A program made the position numbers and the translations under genes. A DNA stretch of 64,000 nt. It comes from a virus (taxonomy: Duplodnaviria > Caudoviricetes). Below the pieces are notes generated by a model. That model made no database searches. It worked only from the letters and a program-made list of their open reading frames with translations, and was not told the DNA's origin. Where the stretch lies: the IMG/VR virus record IMGVR_UViG_3300025154_000088, positions 1,352 through 65,351 of that record, one strand, 5' to 3'. This document shows, in pieces, positions 10,850 through 19,064 of this stretch. The stretch's first letter is position 1. Each line of letters begins with the position of its first letter.

Positions 10850-12733
10850 ATGTTCCCATCTTTCTTCTCAATGTGGAAAAGGTTAGCCAGTGGAGTTCTC
10901 ACCCCCGTCAACTCCAGTGATTCCGTTAATATCCCAGGTTCCGTAACCATTGGGGATACGGCCTTTGCCCTGACGTATGCACAGCTCAAGGCAAACGACA
11001 CAGCCGGGAAATCTTCAGCCCTTGCGGCGGACATCACGCTCACCGAGCACTTTACCCCTACAATGCCCATAGACACAAACGGGCATTCGATCACGCTCGG
11101 GGCGTACAATCTTATTTTCACTTCTTGCCAGCCGAAAAAATTGACAGATGGATGTTTTGTGCAATCAGGAAGTGGGGCTGTGTCTGGGCTGAAAAACTCA
11201 TCTCCTGATTATTTTGGAGTTACAAATGTAAACGATAATCAGGCATTTGTAAATGCTATTGCTGCTGGGAATGGCCATATTACATTGACGGCAAGAGAAT
11301 ACACTTTGACGGCCAGCTTGGATTCAGTAACCAATTCAAATATTTATATTTCTGGGTCGTTAAGTGCTTTCAAATTCCGAGATGATACTACAACCCAGAT
11401 GGCTGTAATTAATTTAGACGACACGGCCATCGTTGGTGCATATGCATCAGGCACCGACACGGTTACATATTCATCCCAACTCAAACAATTAAACAATGTT
11501 GTTCTTAAAGCACAAAATAGCGCCAAATATGCAGCTATAGGAAACTTTTTTTATGCAAAGATACACGATATCCATATTGATGGTTTTACAGATCATGGCA
11601 TTTGGTCAGTCGGAAGTGTAATATCATCTTTTGAGAATATTTCAGGGTATAATGTTGGTGTTGGAAAATCGACTACAGGAGCGCTAAATGCAGATACGTT
11701 CATAGATGGGTGTCTATTATTATTGGAGGCGAGCACAACACAAAGTGACGGGACACCACACCCATCCGGAGAAGTAGGTAATCATGCATACTGTAGGGTG
11801 TTTGCATCTACTAATTTTTCAAGCACACTTCAGATCTCAAACATATTCTCTGAATTTGCTGCGACGACAACCACATCGTTTAAAACCCTTATTGCGTTTA
11901 ACGTAAGATCATCTACTCTGACCAATGTGAATGGATATAGTGGGGCATGGTTTGGATATTGTTCAATTAATCTTGTGTCTCCGCACTTTGAGGTCTATTC
12001 TACTGGTGGAGCAGTAGCAGCCGATGGAACCCCGCTATCCTTAGTGTCGTTTAACTCGTCGATAAAAGAGAGTAACCCGGTATATACAGAAGATGTCAGA
12101 TATTTGAGAACCACTGCATTTGGAGTTAATACTGACTATTGGGGATATAGTGCGGCAATAGATAATAAGCATGTTTTTAGCCATGCCCATATTGCCGAAA
12201 TGACCCTTGGCGATTATAAACCGGACAGTGAATCATATGCAATAACAAGAGTCCCTGGATTGGGATCAATAAACAATCCGAGAATTGCTTATGATGCAAC
12301 CACTGGATCAGTTTTGGCAAGCAAGGGAACTACATACACACCCATACTCGGAATTCCATTGTATGTAAGCGATACTGTAGCGAGTGGGGGATACGAAGAT
12401 GTCGATTCCTCAATTATTGCGCCATCATCAACTCTTGGCGACACAGTCGGTAATATGATTTATGATTTAGATGTTCAGATAGTGGATTTAAATTTTGGGA
12501 GAGTTTATTACCACGGATCCTGGAAGGCCGTACGGCAGAATGAGGCCGGGAATTATTCAATCAGGTTCTACGAACTGGGGCATATTGATAATAATGCCCC
12601 TGGTGGTGGTTTTACTGTTGCTGAAAACGGAGCTGGACCATATACGTTACGCGTATCAAATGGGACAGCGTTTGGCTATACCTATATCGTGTATGGTAGA
12701 TGTATAGGAGTTACCGGGTCGGCTACTCCGTGA
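10850..12733 (+). CDS. Tailspike / receptor-binding protein (probable beta-helix)
   Basis: 627 aa; PDYFGVTNVNDNQAFVNAIAA resembles the start of pectate-lyase-like tailspikes; N/S/T/G-rich; AT-rich DNA from ~11100. Confidence 0.72.
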   Translation: MFPSFFSMWKRLASGVLTPVNSSDSVNIPGSVTIGDTAFALTYAQLKANDTAGKSSALAADITLTEHFTPTMPIDTNGHSITLGAYNLIFTSCQPKKLTDGCFVQSGSGAVSGLKNSSPDYFGVTNVNDNQAFVNAIAAGNGHITLTAREYTLTASLDSVTNSNIYISGSLSAFKFRDDTTTQMAVINLDDTAIVGAYASGTDTVTYSSQLKQLNNVVLKAQNSAKYAAIGNFFYAKIHDIHIDGFTDHGIWSVGSVISSFENISGYNVGVGKSTTGALNADTFIDGCLLLLEASTTQSDGTPHPSGEVGNHAYCRVFASTNFSSTLQISNIFSEFAATTTTSFKTLIAFNVRSSTLTNVNGYSGAWFGYCSINLVSPHFEVYSTGGAVAADGTPLSLVSFNSSIKESNPVYTEDVRYLRTTAFGVNTDYWGYSAAIDNKHVFSHAHIAEMTLGDYKPDSESYAITRVPGLGSINNPRIAYDATTGSVLASKGTTYTPILGIPLYVSDTVASGGYEDVDSSIIAPSSTLGDTVGNMIYDLDVQIVDLNFGRVYYHGSWKAVRQNEAGNYSIRFYELGHIDNNAPGGGFTVAENGAGPYTLRVSNGTAFGYTYIVYGRCIGVTGSATP

Positions 12734-12734
12734 C

Positions 12735-12789
12735 CAAGGCCCGTAATGATGTATTTACAGACGCAAGGCCTGTAATGCTTTTTTACAGA
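12735..12789 (+). repeat. Imperfect tandem repeat (27/26 bp) with internal dyad
   Basis: CAAGGCCCGTAATGATGTATTTACAGA (12735-12761) and CAAGGCCTGTAATGCTTTTTTACAGA (12764-12789). Confidence 0.75.
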
Positions 12790-12899
12790 ACCTAAAAGTT
12801 CGGGCCGTCCCGCTGCAACGGAAACGGCCCTGCCCAGGGGATCATGGACTTGAGTATCATACCAACCTCTAACAGGAAATATGTGATGGGGATCACAAA

Positions 12900-13286
12900 A
12901 TGAATCAGCCTGTTCCGATAGACGAAATAATCTTTGCTCTTCTCAGAAGTTGGCCGGTGATCCTCTTTATCGGCGGTGTCATCTTCAATGCTGGGGCAAC
13001 TGTTTACATGGTCCGCGACCATAAAAAACAGATCGCAGCCCTGCACATCAGAGATGAACTGATCGAGACTGATATGCGGAACAGGCTCTACGATCAAAGG
13101 AGTCAACCCATCTATATGCCGGTTGACGTTTGTACCGGATGTAGAGCCAAATGCGAATCCGACAGGGATAAGGAGTACGACTATCTAACTGGACAGTTGA
13201 GTGCCCACGGCTTAAAGCTGGATCGCGTTTTGGAAGCCATGAGTGCCTTCACCCAGTTCATGAGGCAGTCCGGACAGTCCGTATGA
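12900..13286 (+). CDS. Membrane protein of the lysis cassette (holin/antiholin-like)
   Basis: N-terminal hydrophobic helix (WPVILFIGGVIFNAGATVY) followed by a coiled-coil-like region; upstream of the endolysin. Confidence 0.5.
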   Translation: MNQPVPIDEIIFALLRSWPVILFIGGVIFNAGATVYMVRDHKKQIAALHIRDELIETDMRNRLYDQRSQPIYMPVDVCTGCRAKCESDRDKEYDYLTGQLSAHGLKLDRVLEAMSAFTQFMRQSGQSV

Positions 13287-13438
13287 GGTCGTGGTGGAAA
13301 GCCTGCTGCGTTCCTGTCCGCTCCCTGTTGCTTTCCGGTTCCATCGGTCGTCTGACGGTGGAGCAGCTTGGGGAATTAATCGACGGTCTTGAATTCCTGA
13401 AACGGTTGAAGGTTTTGGAGAAATGCCGTGAATCGTGA
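13283..13438 (+). CDS. Small hypothetical protein (51 aa)
   Basis: ATGA overlap with the upstream stop; MRSWWKACCVPVRSLLLSG...; fills the gap to the endolysin. Confidence 0.35.
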   Translation: MRSWWKACCVPVRSLLLSGSIGRLTVEQLGELIDGLEFLKRLKVLEKCRES

Positions 13439-13883
13439 CGATCTTCGTTTGTTTATCAGGTCTGTCCTTCGCATGGCCGGGCTCTGGTCTGAAGAGGCAG
13501 AAGAACTTTTGATGGGAACCTTCGCCCAGGAATCGGCCCTTGGGAAATACCGCCGGCAGATCGGAGGTGGGCCGGGCCGGGGTATCCTCCAGATGGAGCC
13601 GGCGACGGAGCGCGATGTTTGGGAAAACTACCTGGACTACCGGAAAAATCTCTCGGAAAAGATTCGCCTGATCTCGGGGGTATCGAGGCCGGACTCCGAA
13701 GCCCTGGAAAATAATCTTGCCTATCAGGTGTTGATGGCCCGGATTCAATATCTTCGGGCTCCTGAAAAACTTCCGAAGGATCTTGACGGCATGGCGGCAC
13801 TCTGGAAGAAACGATACAATACCGCCATGGGCAAGGGCACAGAGGAAGAGTTCATCGAGAATTACCGGGAAATGGTTGCGTAA
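13428..13883 (+). CDS. Endolysin, lysozyme/transglycosylase-like fold
   Basis: LLMGTFAQES...GGGPGRGILQMEPAT...WKKRYNT: catalytic ES and GxxQ motifs; flanked by membrane proteins. Confidence 0.75.
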   Translation: MNRDDLRLFIRSVLRMAGLWSEEAEELLMGTFAQESALGKYRRQIGGGPGRGILQMEPATERDVWENYLDYRKNLSEKIRLISGVSRPDSEALENNLAYQVLMARIQYLRAPEKLPKDLDGMAALWKKRYNTAMGKGTEEEFIENYREMVA

Positions 13884-13895
13884 GGAGGTGCGGCC

Positions 13896-14402
13896 GTGGG
13901 TATCATGTCTTCAATTGGTCAGTTTTTCGGTGGGGCGGCCTCTGGTGCAGCTGCTCCGATTGCAGGGGTTATCGAGCTCGGGAAAGGCCTTGCGGATAAG
14001 CTATGGATGGGCAAGGCGGAAGGTGCAAAACTCGACCTTGACCGGGCTGGAATGCAAAGCGCCTTGACCCTTGGTATTCTTGAACTGAAGCAGGCCGGCC
14101 AGATATCAGAATACGCAGATGAGGCCGACCGCCGGAAAGACATCCGGGAAAGCGGCTGGCTGTCCCGGCAGGTCCGCCCTGTCATCGCCCTGACTTTCCA
14201 TGGCGCTTTTTGGGCTGCATATTTCTTTGACCCTGGATTCAAAGAGAAAATGGGGACCGTGATTGCGGAGCTCATGGGTTCGAAGATCACCGTAGGCGCT
14301 ATGTATGTCCTGATCGTCTGTTTCTATTTTCTGACCAAGGGCGTCAAGGATTATTACATGAGCAAAAATCCATCGGCAGGGGTCATTGACTGTCAGAAGT
14401 GA
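13896..14402 (+). CDS. Holin (3TM holin-like)
   Basis: WLSRQVRPVIAL followed by two hydrophobic segments and YFLTKG; RBS AAGGAGG. Confidence 0.65.
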   Translation: MGIMSSIGQFFGGAASGAAAPIAGVIELGKGLADKLWMGKAEGAKLDLDRAGMQSALTLGILELKQAGQISEYADEADRRKDIRESGWLSRQVRPVIALTFHGAFWAAYFFDPGFKEKMGTVIAELMGSKITVGAMYVLIVCFYFLTKGVKDYYMSKNPSAGVIDCQK

Positions 14403-14420
14403 TCCGGTGCCGATGTGAGG

Positions 14421-14603
14421 CTACCGGGTTGAAGCCGCCTCCGAATCGTCTCCGGTAGAATAATCGTATATCACGACTCCAGCACATGCGGGAACATCAT
14501 GAATCGGAATCCCAAGCCCAAACGGGTCCATGATTTGGGCTCCGCAGTGGGGGCACTTCCCAGAAATCTCCAGGTCGGTCTGGTCGTATGTCGTTTCAGG
14601 CAT
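14421..14603 (-). CDS. Hypothetical zinc-ribbon protein
   Basis: CPHC...C motif; overlaps the upstream gene. Confidence 0.45.
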   Translation of the reverse strand: MPETTYDQTDLEISGKCPHCGAQIMDPFGLGIPIHDVPACAGVVIYDYSTGDDSEAASTR

Positions 14604-14790
14604 CGCCTACCTCCTTTTCAACCATCATAAACTTCCGTTCGAACTCCTCACGCTCCCTGACGAAGATGGTGTGCTCATCGTCACATGGGCAGTAGATAGC
14701 AACACGAAGACCGTCTCTCTCGTTCGTGCAGTCCGCGCCGGCGGCAAGCCAGCGGTACAGCTTTCCGGTTTTTATTTGGCGGTAGAGCAT
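14596..14790 (-). CDS. DUF1653-like protein
   Basis: YRQIKTGKLY...VAIYCP...IFVREREEFERKF matches the DUF1653 pattern. Confidence 0.65.
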   Translation of the reverse strand: MLYRQIKTGKLYRWLAAGADCTNERDGLRVAIYCPCDDEHTIFVREREEFERKFMMVEKEVGDA

Positions 14791-15029
14791 GGGGGCTCCT
14801 TTCGCTTTAGCGCCTTGAACGCTTCGGCTGCCTCTGATGCTGCATTCTGTATCCATTCCACTGGGGTTTTCCCTGTGTGGTATGGGTATGTGTCGGCATC
14901 ATCATACCAATCGCCTGTATGGTGAAACGCCTTTCCGGCACATGCCACGGCGGACAGGATTTTATCGACTTCTGGTACTCCGGTTGGCCTAAAGCTGTAA
15001 TAGTATGCGTCCATTCTCAATTCATCCAT
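14772..15029 (-). CDS. Hypothetical phage protein
   Basis: 85-aa ORF, RBS AGGAG, within the leftward operon. Confidence 0.6.
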   Translation of the reverse strand: MDELRMDAYYYSFRPTGVPEVDKILSAVACAGKAFHHTGDWYDDADTYPYHTGKTPVEWIQNAASEAAEAFKALKRKEPPCSTAK

Positions 15030-15033
15030 CGGC

Positions 15034-15234
15034 CTACTCCTTTCGCGCTGGGGGTTGCTCCATCAAGGTGTCGTTTTCTACAGCATAACAAAACGACTCG
15101 TATGCCTTGCTGAGAAGTCTGTCGTGTTTTCCCTGAAGTTCCTTCCCAGTTTGGCATTCGCAAAACTGCTGCACCCTTATCCGTCTCCCTGTGAAATAGG
15201 TGCCGAGATCTTTACATTGCTTGCAGGTTGCCAT
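15034..15234 (-). CDS. Hypothetical Cys-rich protein
   Basis: CKQCKDLG...FCEC motif. Confidence 0.5.
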   Translation of the reverse strand: MATCKQCKDLGTYFTGRRIRVQQFCECQTGKELQGKHDRLLSKAYESFCYAVENDTLMEQPPARKE

Positions 15235-15250
15235 GGTGCTCCGTCTCCTT

Positions 15251-15574
15251 TCATCCCTTCTTGGATTCAGCCAGCATTCGGTCAATCTCAGCAGCGATCA
15301 ATGCACCAGCCCTCACCAGATCCGAAAGCGGGTTTTTGGGTTTCCAGTATTTATCCTCAAAAGGCCAACGGAAGCCGTGTTGGGACAGCTCGGCATATTT
15401 CTTCCCAAGTTCACCAAAGGAATTCGTTCCAAGCCACGCTGACGCATTGCAGGCGTAACATGCCCCTGCCAATGCGATATCCCCAGGCTTATGTGTGAGA
15501 TCGTGCTTTGTGTCATACCCTTCGACTTCGATTTGCCGTCTTCTCTCTGCGGCTATCATGTCTATGCTGTTCAT
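15251..15574 (-). CDS. Conserved-looking hypothetical phage protein
   Basis: IAAERRRQIEVEGY...WPFEDKYWKP...LVRAGALIAAEIDR, a pattern common in phage accessory genes. Confidence 0.7.
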   Translation of the reverse strand: MNSIDMIAAERRRQIEVEGYDTKHDLTHKPGDIALAGACYACNASAWLGTNSFGELGKKYAELSQHGFRWPFEDKYWKPKNPLSDLVRAGALIAAEIDRMLAESKKG

Positions 15575-15637
15575 GTTATGCTCCTTTCATCCCTTCGCGT
15601 TTGTGGCCCTGCCTTTCCGCCACAGGGCCTTGGGGTG

Positions 15638-15964
15638 TCACAGCTCGCCGGTTGCCTTGTTGATCAAGTCTTGGAGTTGCGCCCTTGCTTCTTCCAGGTT
15701 TTCAACCATGATCCATTCCGATTCGCCCTGCTCCCAAATATGCCGAGACATCCCGCATTCACAGACTTCAACGGCTCCTCCATCGGGCCATGTGAGAACG
15801 CTCGTTTTGGTGTGAGTATGGGTGCGGTTTTCTAAAAATGCTATCCCAGCTTCAACGGTTTCCTTCAAGACTTCAGGTTCGCACGCATCGCAAAGCAGAT
15901 GAAGGCTTTTGTCTTGAGTTCTGATAACGATGGTTCCGCATCTTGGGCAGACAGTTATCGGCAT
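15638..15964 (-). CDS. Hypothetical zinc-binding protein
   Basis: CPRC/CDAC/CEC motifs; RBS GGAGG. Confidence 0.5.
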   Translation of the reverse strand: MPITVCPRCGTIVIRTQDKSLHLLCDACEPEVLKETVEAGIAFLENRTHTHTKTSVLTWPDGGAVEVCECGMSRHIWEQGESEWIMVENLEEARAQLQDLINKATGEL

Positions 15965-16166
15965 CGCTCCTCCTCTCCGGTTGCAGGTTGCCATCACACC
16001 GGATGAACCGGATGATTGACAAAAAGAAGGTAGATCTGCACATCCCTCCGGTACAGCCCAAACCATTCACCCATGACGGCGTTTGAATAGTCGCTCCCAT
16101 CATACCCGGATAGCCACGGTCCAGTCTCTGCTCCCATTACATGAAGATGAAACATGGTTTACCTCC

Positions 16167-16319
16167 TTATTTCTTTTTGTTCCGGTCTTCCAGCCAACAG
16201 GCCAGGACCCATTCAATCAGCCCGGTCCTGGTCCTGCCTTCTTTTTTTGCGGCTTCGGCCAGGGCATCCATCAGGGTCACGGACAGCCGCATGGAGAACA
16301 TTTTTTTCAGAAGCGACAT
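16167..16319 (-). CDS. Ribbon-helix-helix (Arc/CopG-like) DNA-binding protein, 50 aa (below the ORF-track cutoff)
   Basis: MSLLKKMFSMRLSVTLMDALAEAAKKEGRTRTGLIEWVLACWLEDRNKKK; RBS AAGGAGG; FSMRL beta-strand then AKKEGRTRT. Confidence 0.7.
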   Translation of the reverse strand: MSLLKKMFSMRLSVTLMDALAEAAKKEGRTRTGLIEWVLACWLEDRNKKK

Positions 16320-16340
16320 GGCCCCTCCTTCCATGCCCAT

Positions 16341-16369
16341 AGAGTATATTTTCGTATTTACATTGTCAA
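16341..16369 (-). promoter_or_regulatory. Sigma70-type promoter for the RHH operon
   Basis: Minus strand TTGACA-17 nt-TACTCT upstream of the RHH RBS. Confidence 0.55.
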
Positions 16370-16475
16370 GACAAAAATAAAAATGGAAACACCTCTGATT
16401 TAGGGTGTCACGGGGTGGTCTTTTTTGTGGTCTGTTTTCTATGCGATTTTAAACGGTTACGCATGAAACAACTAG

Positions 16476-16520
16476 CTCTTAATCAGTAGGTTCCGCGTTC
16501 GATTCGCGGACGGCCCACCA
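16476..16520 (+). other. attP core: 3' half of tRNA-Lys(CTT)
   Basis: CTCTTAATCAGTAGGTTCCGCGTTCGATTCGCGGACGGCCCACCA: anticodon loop CTCTTAA, T-arm CCGCG-TTCGATT-CGCGG, 3' ACCA. No D-arm or 5' acceptor strand. Adjacent to the integrase 3' end. Confidence 0.9.
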
Positions 16521-16529
16521 TAAATTCAG

Positions 16530-16560
16530 GCACTTGCAAACTTCTGCAGGTGCTTTTTTT
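16530..16560 (+). terminator. Intrinsic terminator downstream of the tRNA fragment
   Basis: GCACTTGCA-aacttc-TGCAGGTGC followed by a T run. Confidence 0.75.
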
Positions 16561-16569
16561 ATTTCGAAC

Positions 16570-16589
16570 TGACAACATATTGACAACAT
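16570..16589 (+). repeat. Putative integrase arm-type sites
   Basis: TGACAACAT-AT-TGACAACAT direct repeat, 50 bp from the att core. Confidence 0.65.
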
Positions 16590-17590
16590 CAGAGGGAATC
16601 GACGGCCCGTTTTTTGCCTGCAAAGGCAATGTGTGTATAAATTTGGGTGGTTGTGATCTCCTCATGCCCTAAAAGCTCCTGGATGGTCCGGAGGTCCTGC
16701 CCGTTCTCCAGCATGTGGGTTGCGAAGGAGTGGCGCAGCATATGGGGAGTGACTCGCTTCGTGATCCCGGCCCTTTTCATGGCTCCCCAAAGAGCCCGGC
16801 GCATGTCTGTAGGAACCCGGCCTGGGTTTTTACGTTTCCGCTGGAGGGATGGAAATACCAAATCGCTGACGACATTTTGACAACATAGGTGCTCTTCCAT
16901 GGCCTTTTTGACTTCTGGATGCATCGGAACAATCCTGGTCTTGCCCCCCTTCCCTGTCACCCGCATGTAGCCAGGAGCCGGCATCACGTCCTTCGTCTTG
17001 AGGTTGAATACCTCGTCCATCCTGAGCCCGCCGTAATAGAGGCAGCACAGCATCGCCCTGTGATAGGGATCGGAATGGGTGATGATGGCCTCGATTTCGC
17101 CTTTTGAGAGGACCTCCGGCAGAGGCCGTCGGTACGGGAGGGGCTTCATCCGGATCGGCTCATCGTTGCATTTCCCGTGTTCGTGGGCGTATTTCCAGAG
17201 GGCGGACAGGCACAGAAGTTCCAGGTTGATCATCCGCTTTTTGTCCCCGATCTCGGAAAGCCTTTTGCCCTTGTATTTTTCGATCAGATCCTTGGTAATG
17301 AAATCAAGGTGCATCTGGCCGAAAAACGAGGTTATCGCCCCGTAAAGCATCCTGTGTTTATCGCCGTAGGTCCTGGGTCTCTGATTGGTTTTAACGTATT
17401 GGAGGTAATCTGGGATGATTTCTGCGATGGTCAGAGCGTCACGGACAGTCCCGCCAAGCTTTTTCTTGAGTTTGATGTGGAAGAGGTTGGCCTCGGATTC
17501 AGTCCCTTCGAACCGGACCCTGTGCCTGCGGTCCCGCCCGATGGAAACATCGATCTCCCACCTTCCCTCAGATATTTTCCTCACGGCCAT
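16589..17590 (-). CDS. int: Tyrosine integrase (XerC/D-like catalytic domain)
   Basis: GGLRMDE, GKGGKTR, HMLRHSFATH, LLGH, TTQIYTH: the R-K-HxxR-H-Y catalytic set. Confidence 0.95.
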   Translation of the reverse strand: MAVRKISEGRWEIDVSIGRDRRHRVRFEGTESEANLFHIKLKKKLGGTVRDALTIAEIIPDYLQYVKTNQRPRTYGDKHRMLYGAITSFFGQMHLDFITKDLIEKYKGKRLSEIGDKKRMINLELLCLSALWKYAHEHGKCNDEPIRMKPLPYRRPLPEVLSKGEIEAIITHSDPYHRAMLCCLYYGGLRMDEVFNLKTKDVMPAPGYMRVTGKGGKTRIVPMHPEVKKAMEEHLCCQNVVSDLVFPSLQRKRKNPGRVPTDMRRALWGAMKRAGITKRVTPHMLRHSFATHMLENGQDLRTIQELLGHEEITTTQIYTHIAFAGKKRAVDSL

Positions 17591-17771
17591 GCCCTCTTTT
17601 ATTTTTTCGTTTCCGATTGGTCAACTGTAAAATTTTTGCATCGGCCAGGGAAGACAACTCCTGTGCCGGCCGGTTAGGCACCTGCCCTACCCTGAAAAAC
17701 TCAAGAAGACGGTCGAGCTTTTCCTCGATCCGTTCAAGGTCTTCCTTTGTTATATGGGAGGCTGCCTGCAA
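17568..17771 (-). CDS. Small protein overlapping the int start (excisionase position)
   Basis: 67 aa, basic C-terminus; assignment is positional only. Confidence 0.4.
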   Translation of the reverse strand: MQAASHITKEDLERIEEKLDRLLEFFRVGQVPNRPAQELSSLADAKILQLTNRKRKNKRGHGREENI

Positions 17772-17808
17772 GTCTATTCCCCTGCCTCTTTCATCGCTGC
17801 CCGGTAGG

Positions 17809-18015
17809 CTACAGCATCGTTATGTACCCAAGGTCAAATAACCTTGATCTCATTGCGGTTTCTGTCACGGCAAACCGGCTGGCCATCTTTGAAACGATTT
17901 CATCCTCTTTTCTTTGGACAGTTACAATCTTTTCGAGTTCTCGTTTGATAAGGATCTCCGGCATGAGCAAAGACATGGCAAAGGCGTTTGCTTCGGCTTC
18001 TTCTTTCAGGTTCAT
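17809..18015 (-). CDS. ImmA/IrrE (DUF955)-like C-terminal fragment lacking HExxH
   Basis: EAEANAFAMSLLMPE...ASRFAVTETAMRSRL; ATGA-coupled start at 18015. Confidence 0.65.
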   Translation of the reverse strand: MNLKEEAEANAFAMSLLMPEILIKRELEKIVTVQRKEDEIVSKMASRFAVTETAMRSRLFDLGYITML

Positions 18016-18218
18016 TTCATCCACCCATACGGATCATATCCGGATTTCACGAGGTCACATTCACCGTCGCCGTAGACCTGTCGTTTCGCACAGTGTTCGG
18101 GATGACCTTTTTCGATCAACACTCTGACCGTTAACCGATCAAGTGCGGTTTCATCGGTACATAAAAAGCATAGGGTTCCTTCGGTGGTTTCTGCTTCTCC
18201 GCATTGAGGACAGATCAT
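18012..18218 (-). CDS. Hypothetical Cys-rich protein
   Basis: CPQC..CFLC..HC..GDGEC; coupled to neighbours. Confidence 0.5.
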   Translation of the reverse strand: MICPQCGEAETTEGTLCFLCTDETALDRLTVRVLIEKGHPEHCAKRQVYGDGECDLVKSGYDPYGWMK

Positions 18219-18534
18219 GCCTCACGCTCCTTTCACCGCCCGCCCGTGGGACAGGACTAAAACCTGCCTATCTGGATGTTCCGCATTGTCGTACTGGTGT
18301 TGCTTCCACGACATTATATCCCTGCAAAGGCCGACTGCATCCATCATTGCCTCTTCGAAAGTCGTGCATATTCTCTGCGCAATGAACTGCGTCATATCTG
18401 GGTTGATGTCTACATGAGACGTATTATTCCTAGTACATATTCCGATATAGAGGCTATACTCCTTGCATTGCGCTACACCAGGAATATATTCTATAATCCT
18501 ACCCGTAAAATCAGTTTTCACGAAGTTACACCTT

Positions 18535-18747
18535 TCACTGCCCGCCCGATGGACAGGGCTTCGGTATCGGGCACCCGTTAACCTCCCTCGTTCCGCAAAG
18601 CCATTCCTGTTTGCCTGTCCTTGTCCGGTATCCTTGCCCCTGGATAAAAACCCCCGGGTCTATCCGCGGCCAGTAGCATGGGCGCTTCGGACAAATACCG
18701 TCAGAAACATCGACTTTGACTCTCAGCATTTTGTCACGGATCTTCAT
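18535..18747 (-). CDS. Hypothetical protein
   Basis: 70-aa ORF coupled in the operon. Confidence 0.45.
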   Translation of the reverse strand: MKIRDKMLRVKVDVSDGICPKRPCYWPRIDPGVFIQGQGYRTRTGKQEWLCGTREVNGCPIPKPCPSGGQ

Positions 18748-19064
18748 GACACCCCCTGCCGTCGCCGATATTCTTTACTGCACTCAGGCTTTCCGCATGA
18801 CCATTCCGGAGGACCTGGTGGGCCTGGAATGATCGGTAGATAGATCTCCTTTCCACATCCGCAGCATGTCAAGACGTTGTGCTTTTCCGGCCCGATATTA
18901 TAATCTGAGTCGCCCGTGCCTGGACACTTGTACCCTGCCGCGCAACGATCCGCAGGTCCGTCACACGGCATCAGGTCGTCAACATCGCATCCGCAGTCGT
19001 CATCCCATAGGCCGTCGAAACCGTTGTCTTCCAGGTACTTCTTGATGATCTCCTTGACTGTCAC
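18744..19064 (-). CDS. Hypothetical Cys-rich protein
   Basis: YLEDNGFDGL...CGC...LMPC pattern; GTGA overlap with the HNH gene. Confidence 0.55.
   Translation of the reverse strand: MTVKEIIKKYLEDNGFDGLWDDDCGCDVDDLMPCDGPADRCAAGYKCPGTGDSDYNIGPEKHNVLTCCGCGKEIYLPIIPGPPGPPEWSCGKPECSKEYRRRQGVS

Noticed and set aside
12770-12788. LexA SOS box
   Set aside because: CTGT and ACAG are separated by 11 nt, not the 8 nt of the canonical box.
16440-16520. Complete tRNA-Lys gene
   Set aside because: Only the anticodon loop to CCA is present; there is no D-arm or 5' acceptor strand, so it is an att core.
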